Shown: positions 37,969-43,141 of the stretch, in pieces | Numbering within the stretch: position 1 is the first letter of the stretch | Layout: every line of letters starts with the position of its first letter | IMG/VR virus record: IMGVR_UViG_3300005077_000074 | Location: 1-43,141 of that record | Source of the DNA: a virus | Taxonomy: Duplodnaviria; Caudoviricetes | Length of the DNA stretch: 43,141 nucleotides | Direction: 5' to 3' (one strand) | Notes under the pieces: model-generated | Databases searched by the model: none | Told to the model about the DNA's origin: nothing | The model's input: only the letters and a program-made list of their open reading frames with translations | Program-made: the position numbers and the translations under genes

Positions 37969-39519
37969 ATGCCCTTTGACGTAAACGGTCACTGGTATCC
38001 GAACCTGAGCCCGGTGCAAATCCGGGTGTACAACAACTACAAGCGCTATACCTTGGTCTGCGGGCCGCGTATGTCATCGAAGACGTGGGTGAACCTCCAC
38101 CGGCTGATAAAGCATGGCGTTGAGACGCCAGATGGCAGGGTGGGCCTGTTTACTAAAACGATCCGCAACGCAAAGTCGGGCGGGATCTGGGACGATATCA
38201 CCAAAATCGTTATCCCCGAATGGGTTAAGGCTGGCCAGACCCGGTACACAACCAAGCGGGCGGATGGCACTTACGGTCCAAAGCAGGACGCTCAGAGCCG
38301 CATGGTTTACTTCAAGATCGAGAACCAATACGAGGGGGAGACAGAGTTTCAACTGCACTCAATCGACAACATTGGCGAGGTTGAGCAGATCGCGAAGTCC
38401 ACCCGGTTCTCTGCGTTTTACTTCGCTGAATTGTCCAACTTTCCGTCTCGAATGGTCTTCACGACAACCACCAGCCAGCTCCGCATGCCGCACCTCGCCT
38501 ACGATGATCACCTATGGCTGGCGGACACCAATCCTGCAGAGGAAGGGGAGGACTCTTGGATCTGGCAGCTGTGGTACGGACTGCCAAGGAAAGAGAACCC
38601 AGACGAATACGAGCAGCTGCTGATCGAGAACATGGCGCTGTTCGAGATCATGATTCAGGACAACCCATTCCTGTCCGAGGAGCAGCGGAAGGACATCTAT
38701 GCGCAGCACCGGCACGATCCGGACCTGTGGGCTCGATATGTTGAGGGGAAGTGGGTTCGGGCAAGCAAGGATGCAATCTTCATCAAGCACTTCTCGGCCG
38801 AACGACACACGATAGGAGATTGCTCCAACGTTGATGAGAAAGAGTGGCAGATCCTCGCCCCGTCCGAAGGGTGCACGTCGCTTCTGAGCGGCTGGGACCT
38901 TGGAGACCGATACCACTCAGCGCACATCGGGGAGCAGGTGGAGTTGAACGACTCGAACTTGAAGGCCTACTGGATAATCGACGAGGTCTGCCAGCTGGAT
39001 CCAGAGTCGAAGGTTGGAATCTCCGAATTCTGCGAGGCATTCATGGAGAGGTATGAGTACTGGATGAAGTTCCTGCACGGCAACGATGAGGCAAGGAAGG
39101 AGGCCTTCGAGTGGCGTCATTGGTCAGACTCTGCTGCGATGACGAACTTCAGAGCCGGTGCCGAGACGTATGACCAGAACCTCGTAATGCGGTACACCGA
39201 CGGGAAGGTTGAACTCATGGGAGCCCCAAAGTTTCCAGGGTCTATCGCCAAGCGCATTCGCATCATGAAGATCCTCCTGTTCGAGAACCGAATACTCATC
39301 AGCGCACGCTGCAAGAACACGATCGCCATGCTGAAGTCGCTGCGTTCCGGCACCGGGGCTACGCTGATTGAAAAGGGCCAGAAGTATCGGCACGTATTCG
39401 ACGGTCTGACCTACATGCTGTCTGGTGAAGAGCCAGCAATGCTGCTGTCTGACCTCGCAGAGAGCCAGGAGAACAAATCCGAAAAAGGATCAGGGGGACC
39501 TGTTATGGTCCCCCTGTGA
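37969..39519 (+). CDS. Terminase large subunit
   Basis: LSPVQ adenine-binding motif, VCGPRMSSKT Walker A, FYFAEL Walker B, DTNP motif III, DNPFL, YVEGKW, GWDLG and HVFDGLTY nuclease motifs. True start is ATG 37969. Confidence 0.9.
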   Translation: MPFDVNGHWYPNLSPVQIRVYNNYKRYTLVCGPRMSSKTWVNLHRLIKHGVETPDGRVGLFTKTIRNAKSGGIWDDITKIVIPEWVKAGQTRYTTKRADGTYGPKQDAQSRMVYFKIENQYEGETEFQLHSIDNIGEVEQIAKSTRFSAFYFAELSNFPSRMVFTTTTSQLRMPHLAYDDHLWLADTNPAEEGEDSWIWQLWYGLPRKENPDEYEQLLIENMALFEIMIQDNPFLSEEQRKDIYAQHRHDPDLWARYVEGKWVRASKDAIFIKHFSAERHTIGDCSNVDEKEWQILAPSEGCTSLLSGWDLGDRYHSAHIGEQVELNDSNLKAYWIIDEVCQLDPESKVGISEFCEAFMERYEYWMKFLHGNDEARKEAFEWRHWSDSAAMTNFRAGAETYDQNLVMRYTDGKVELMGAPKFPGSIAKRIRIMKILLFENRILISARCKNTIAMLKSLRSGTGATLIEKGQKYRHVFDGLTYMLSGEEPAMLLSDLAESQENKSEKGSGGPVMVPL

Positions 39520-39596
39520 AGCGGCCGGACTGCAACCGCAGCCCCGTCGTGGCGAACGCCGTTCCGGACGCCACGCCCCGTAACGGGCACCGCAAA

Positions 39597-39918
39597 TCAG
39601 CAGTTGTTCAGATCCTCAAGGATTCTGAATGTGTTGTACGTTCCGTTCGGGAATGTCTGCTTCCTGCCGTTGGGGAAGTACACCTCCCATTCCTGCTGGT
39701 AATCGCCAACCTGAGTCGGGAAAGACGGCCCTGGATAATACTCGACATACCCAGAAGAGAGGATCAACAATCGATGCGTTGTCCGCGAACGCGGTAACGC
39801 CAGACCTGCAAATGAACAGCACCCTGCATCCGGTGAGATCGATCGCGGATCCGTCCAGCGTGAGCTGGCTGTAGAATCTTGCGGCCGTGTCGTGGCGTTT
39901 CATTGATGCTGTGCTCAT
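39597..39918 (-). pseudogene. BppU-N-like (Ig-like) virion protein gene with a +1 frameshift near 39755
   Basis: MKRHDT...IDLTGCRVLF...SIVDP continues in another frame as SGYVEYYP...GDYQQEWEVYFPNGRKQTFPNGTYNTFRILEDLNNC*. The span is 322 nt (3n+1). Confidence 0.75.
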
Positions 39919-40346
39919 ACGATCACCAGTATGCCTTTCGTTTGGCTTTCAATTAAACCGCCAGAGCCGGAAGATGCGCCACCCAGGATCAGTAACGATC
40001 CGGATGTTGTTTTCAAATTTGCACCTGACCCGCTTGCTATCAACAACAATCCGGAAGTTCCCTGGTATAGCCCGTTTGACCGCAGAGCTGCCTGGATCAT
40101 CTCTCCGCGTGACACAACCCCAGACAGACCGCCAACGGATCTTGACTCCGAAATCTGCCTGGATGCGTAAGCCTGCGCTATGTCGATGTCGCCGGAAAGA
40201 GAGCGACGGCCTATGCTCCCGAGCGTTTCCGGATAATACACCGATGGCAGCTGCGGCTCTTCCGGGGGTTCCACTGGCGGCTCTGGCGTAATAACCAGGG
40301 CAAGCCATCTTTCCGGAATCCATCGAGCGAGCCATCTGCCAAGCCA
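39915..40346 (-). CDS. Phage hypothetical protein, 5' end probably cut at the junction
   Basis: Open frame WLGRWLARWIPERWL...ILVIV*, ATGA-coupled to the BppU-like gene; no in-frame start near the 5' end within the GC-rich DNA. Confidence 0.6.
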   Translation of the reverse strand, partial: WLGRWLARWIPERWLALVITPEPPVEPPEEPQLPSVYYPETLGSIGRRSLSGDIDIAQAYASRQISESRSVGGLSGVVSRGEMIQAALRSNGLYQGTSGLLLIASGSGANLKTTSGSLLILGGASSGSGGLIESQTKGILVIV

Positions 40347-41558
40347 TTGATTCACGATCCGGATGCTATTGAAACATTTGAAGACAATGATGTAGTGATT
40401 CCCTTGATTTGCATCGAAGAGTTGGACGATCTTAAGTCTGGCTATGGTGAAGTTCCTTATTCTGCTCGAAAAGCCTTAAGAAAAATCAGAAAGTATGCGC
40501 TTGAAGGTGATATTTCTGAAGGTATTTTATTGCCTGGAGGCGGAACTTTAAAAGTAATTTCTGGAAAAGAAAACTTTTTCATCGAATCAAAGCCGGACAA
40601 TCTGATTGTTTCTTGTGCTATAGAGCTCAAAAATAAAGGTGCGTCCAATGTCATTGTCGTTTCCAAGGACGCAGCAGTAATGATAAAATCTGGTGCGATG
40701 GATATACCCGCACAAGATTATAAGCGAGACAAAACTACTCTTTTCAAAAAATACGGATTCGTTTTACAGAATGAAGAATACAATAATGGAATTTTATCAG
40801 TACGCTATCAACAGAGAGGGGATGACTTCTTCCGTATTTGGGGAAAAGATAGCGAGGATATAATCAGGATTGGTCGGGAATTAAATGATATTTCGCCCAA
40901 AAATATTGAACAAGCCTGTGCCATCGATGCCCTAACCAATCCTGATATTAAGGTCGTTGCCCTAACTGGAAAAGCGGGATCTGGCAAAACATTGCTCGCT
41001 CTAGCTGCTGCCACTCATCAGGTAACTAAGAAATGCCCTCTTTTTAAAAAGGTTCTGGTAATGAGACCGCCTGTTCCAATTCACGGATACGATATGGGTT
41101 TTCTACCAGGGGATATTTCTGAAAAAATCGACCCTTGGATGCAACCGATTTATGACAACCTTGATGTTCTTTATCCAACACCAGTAGATGGTGGTGAGAG
41201 CAAGGGAGCAAGAAGTCAACACAAGAGCTACCAGTTTCTTATTGAAAAAAAACAATTGGACATTGGTAACTTAACCTACATCCGAGGAAGGAGTTTGCCT
41301 GAGCAATATATCATTGTGGATGAGGCTCAAAATCTGCGACCCAACGATATGAAAACTTTAGCTACTCGATTGGGCGAAGGAAGCAAAATCGTTTTCACCG
41401 GCGACCTTGATCAAATAGATACTCCCTATTTGGATGCAGAAAGCAATGGCCTTGCCTATTTGATTGCCAGGCTGATCAATGAAGAAGATTTTTGTTACTT
41501 GCGCATGAAAAAAAGCGCCAGAAGCAGTTTGGCTGATCGAATGGCTGAACTGCTATAA
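40347..41558 (+). CDS. phoH: PIN-PhoH family ATPase (PhoH2/YlaK-like), N-terminus truncated
   Basis: LIHDP...IEELD PIN remnant, GKAGSGKT, GFLPGDISEK, RGRS, IVDEAQN and GDLDQID motifs. The usual VLDTNV start is missing. Confidence 0.9.
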   Translation: MIHDPDAIETFEDNDVVIPLICIEELDDLKSGYGEVPYSARKALRKIRKYALEGDISEGILLPGGGTLKVISGKENFFIESKPDNLIVSCAIELKNKGASNVIVVSKDAAVMIKSGAMDIPAQDYKRDKTTLFKKYGFVLQNEEYNNGILSVRYQQRGDDFFRIWGKDSEDIIRIGRELNDISPKNIEQACAIDALTNPDIKVVALTGKAGSGKTLLALAAATHQVTKKCPLFKKVLVMRPPVPIHGYDMGFLPGDISEKIDPWMQPIYDNLDVLYPTPVDGGESKGARSQHKSYQFLIEKKQLDIGNLTYIRGRSLPEQYIIVDEAQNLRPNDMKTLATRLGEGSKIVFTGDLDQIDTPYLDAESNGLAYLIARLINEEDFCYLRMKKSARSSLADRMAELL

Positions 41559-41583
41559 AAAATTTTTAGCAGGAAAACACATC

Positions 41584-41616
41584 GGCGGACTTATAATAAG
41601 TCCGCCTTTTTCTTTT
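41584..41616 (+). terminator. Rho-independent terminator after phoH
   Basis: GGCGGACTTAT-a-ATAAGTCCGCC-TTTTTCTTTT. Confidence 0.8.
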
Positions 41617-41683
41617 AAAAAAACTCCAGATAAGCCAGAGTTTTTTATTTTGTATTATTAAAATATTCTCAGTTGACATAAAA

Positions 41684-41777
41684 GAGCCTCGCTTAGATTT
41701 GATGAGCGGGCCGCCCTAAAGGGGCGAGCCTCGCTTAGATTTGATGAGCGGGCCGCCCTAAAGGGGCGAGCCTCGCT
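41684..41777. repeat. 42-bp GC-rich tandem repeat (2 full copies plus 10 bp) downstream of tRNA-Gly
   Basis: gagcctcgcttagatttgatgagcgggccgccctaaaggggc at 41684 and 41726, partial copy at 41768. Confidence 0.92.
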
Positions 41778-41800
41778 CAAAAAAATCTCTGATTTTTTTG

Positions 41801-41873
41801 AGCGGGTAGGGGGAATCGAACCCCCATCCTCAGCTTGGAAGGCTGATATAAGAAACCATTATACGATACCCGC
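41801..41873 (-). tRNA. tRNA-Gly(TCC), CCA not encoded
   Basis: GCGGGTA/TACCCGC acceptor stem, anticodon arm TCAGC-CTTCCAA-GCTGA, GGTTCGATTCC T-loop. Confidence 0.95.
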
Positions 41874-41874
41874 T

Positions 41875-41975
41875 TTTCTAATTCTAAATTATAAATTTTG
41901 AATTATGAATTAAATTTTAAATCAAAAATTTATTTTTGTAAACATTCGTAATTCATAAATCATAATTCATAATTC
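41875..41975. repeat. AT-rich degenerate heptamer repeats in inverted arrangement between the tRNAs
   Basis: gaattatgaatta (41900-41912) is the reverse complement of taattcataattc (41963-41975); ~7-nt periodic units flank them. Confidence 0.6.
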
Positions 41976-41984
41976 CCTTTAGAG

Positions 41985-42055
41985 TCGGGGTGCAGAGATT
42001 CGAACTCTGACTACTTGGTCCCAAACCAAGCGCGCTACCATTACACAACACCCCG
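41985..42055 (-). tRNA. tRNA-Pro(TGG), CCA not encoded
   Basis: CGGGGTG/CACCCCG acceptor stem, CTTGG-TTTGGGA-CCAAG anticodon arm, GTTCGAATC T-loop. Confidence 0.95.
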
Positions 42056-42139
42056 TAATTTTTTATTTTAAAACTAAGTTTAATACTACCTTCAATTTTA
42101 CTATTAGTCAATATTCAGAAAAATCCGCCTTGGTAAGAT

Positions 42140-42169
42140 AAACAAAAACCCCGAAAGGGATTTTTGTTT
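42140..42169 (-). terminator. Terminator after the HU gene
   Basis: aaacaaaaaccccgaaagggatttttgttt hairpin with A/T tracts on both sides. Confidence 0.7.
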
Positions 42170-42193
42170 CTATCTTTTATTTGCAAATAAAAG

Positions 42194-42475
42194 TTATTTT
42201 ACCGCTTCTTTCAATACCTTTCCAGCAGTAAATTTGGGGACTTTCATTGCTGGAATCGTAATTCTTTCTTTAGTTTGCGGATTAATTCCTTCTCTGGCAG
42301 CACGATCAGAAACGCGGAAAGTTCCAAAGCCAGTTAAAGTTACCTTGTCTCCAGCTTTGATAGATTTAGTAATCACATCCGTCATCGCGTCAATCATCAT
42401 TTCAATATCTTTTTTGGAAAGTTCTGTTTTAGCAGAAATGGAAGAAATTAATGCATCTTTGTTTATATTAGCCAT
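42194..42475 (-). CDS. hup: DNA-binding protein HU
   Basis: NKDALI...KVTLTGFGTF...AREGINPQTKERITIPAMKVPKFTAGKVLKEAVK. Confidence 0.96.
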   Translation of the reverse strand: MANINKDALISSISAKTELSKKDIEMMIDAMTDVITKSIKAGDKVTLTGFGTFRVSDRAAREGINPQTKERITIPAMKVPKFTAGKVLKEAVK

Positions 42476-42594
42476 ATTTCACCATCCTTTCTAGTTTATA
42501 CCGTAATGATTTGCTGCAGGCAAATTATTTTACGGGAATTTTATTAACCTTATGTTCTCATTTTACCCTTTTTGCCTTAAATAAAGCAACTAAG

Positions 42595-42603
42595 TTATCC
42601 ACA
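42595..42603 (+). promoter_or_regulatory. Consensus DnaA box upstream of hup
   Basis: TTATCCACA exact match. Confidence 0.5.
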
Positions 42604-42606
42604 AGT

Positions 42607-42635
42607 AAAAAAATTCCTCGTTCAGAGGGATTTTT
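42607..42635 (-). terminator. Probable terminator after rny
   Basis: aaaaaaattcctc-gttca-gagggattttt hairpin just past the rny stop. Confidence 0.55.
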
Positions 42636-42648
42636 GATTTTCTATTTT

Positions 42649-43141
42649 TTATCTGGCTATTTCCTGGGCTCGTGTTTCGCGAATTACATTAACTTTAATT
42701 TCTCCTGGATATTTAAGCTCCTTCTCAATCTTGTCCGCGATAGAACGAGCCAATTTAACAGCACCTAAGTCATCAATATCTTCTGGTTTAACAAAAACTC
42801 GAATCTCTCTTCCTGCTTGAATCGCATAGGTCTTTTCAACCCCTTCAAAAGAATTGGCTACATCTTCCAATTCGCCTAAGCGTTTCAAATAGTTTTCCAA
42901 AGTGTCTTTTCTAGCTCCTGGTCGACTAGCGGAAATGGCATCGGCAGCCGCCACAATCATTGATTCCGGACTTTCAAAAGGATAATCTTCATGATGAGAT
43001 TTCATCGTATCAATAATGGATTTTTCCACTCCGAATTTTTGCAAAATCTTTATTCCGATTTCTACATGCGTTCCTTCTACCTCATGATCTACCGCTTTAC
43101 CGAGATCATGCAAGATTCCAGCCTTTTTAGCTAAATTAACA
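42649..43141 (-). CDS. rny: Ribonuclease Y, 3' part (runs off window end)
   Basis: [34 protein letters not shown] and [14 protein letters not shown] motifs. Confidence 0.96.
   Translation of the reverse strand, partial: VNLAKKAGILHDLGKAVDHEVEGTHVEIGIKILQKFGVEKSIIDTMKSHHEDYPFESPESMIVAAADAISASRPGARKDTLENYLKRLGELEDVANSFEGVEKTYAIQAGREIRVFVKPEDIDDLGAVKLARSIADKIEKELKYPGEIKVNVIRETRAQEIAR

Larger units (their letters stand above)
1..40346. mobile_element. Podovirus-like tailed phage genome segment (partial), possibly temperate
   Basis: Terminase, portal, scaffold, capsid, tail-collar and ejection-type genes are present and no tape measure or sheath was recognised. GC content is uniformly high and genes are tightly coupled by ATGA/TGATG/TAATG overlaps. 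Confidence 0.92.

Noticed and set aside
1-40346. Stop-codon reassignment, DGR or retron
   Set aside because: Genes are full length in the standard code using all three stops, and no reverse transcriptase or TR/VR pair was seen.
40347-41558. phoH as a phage auxiliary gene
   Set aside because: Its base composition matches the AT-rich bacterial side, and it is the PIN-fused cellular type.
41684-41777. 42-bp repeats as a CRISPR array
   Set aside because: The units are directly adjacent with no unique spacers, and there are no cas genes.
41801-42055. tRNA genes as the phage attB
   Set aside because: They lie ~1.5 kb from the junction beyond phoH, and I saw no tRNA-end duplicate at the junction.
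42511-42768. 85-aa plus-strand ORF
   Set aside because: It is antisense to rny and spans a terminator/regulatory region; it has no motif.

Overview
The window has two unrelated parts. Bases 1 to ~40346 are a GC-rich (roughly 55-60% by eye), gene-dense, podovirus-like phage segment. A + strand operon (1-9126) encodes a DnaC/IstB-like ATPase, an HTH protein, a tyrosine recombinase and a KOW protein. It continues into a ~5.7 kb glycosyltransferase/methyltransferase/MazG/DHH cassette. This operon converges on a - strand virion operon (37919 down to 9132): portal, scaffold, major capsid, tail tube/adaptor, tail-collar protein, ejection proteins, a 4189-aa polyvalent-type virion protein and a final GT-like gene. 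The large terminase is transcribed divergently on +. At ~40347 the sequence switches abruptly to AT-rich bacterial DNA resembling Patescibacteria/CPR: 5'-truncated PIN-PhoH, tRNA-Gly, tRNA-Pro, HU and the 3' part of RNase Y. The PhoH gene is cut and the adjoining phage gene lacks a convincing start, so the junction is probably a chimera. The most striking observation is a complete HNH-family zinc-finger nuclease gene with its own Shine-Dalgarno (20195-20530). It is nested on the same strand, in the +1 frame, inside the uninterrupted giant virion gene, with no intron or intein. All family assignments are by motif recognition; no searches were run.
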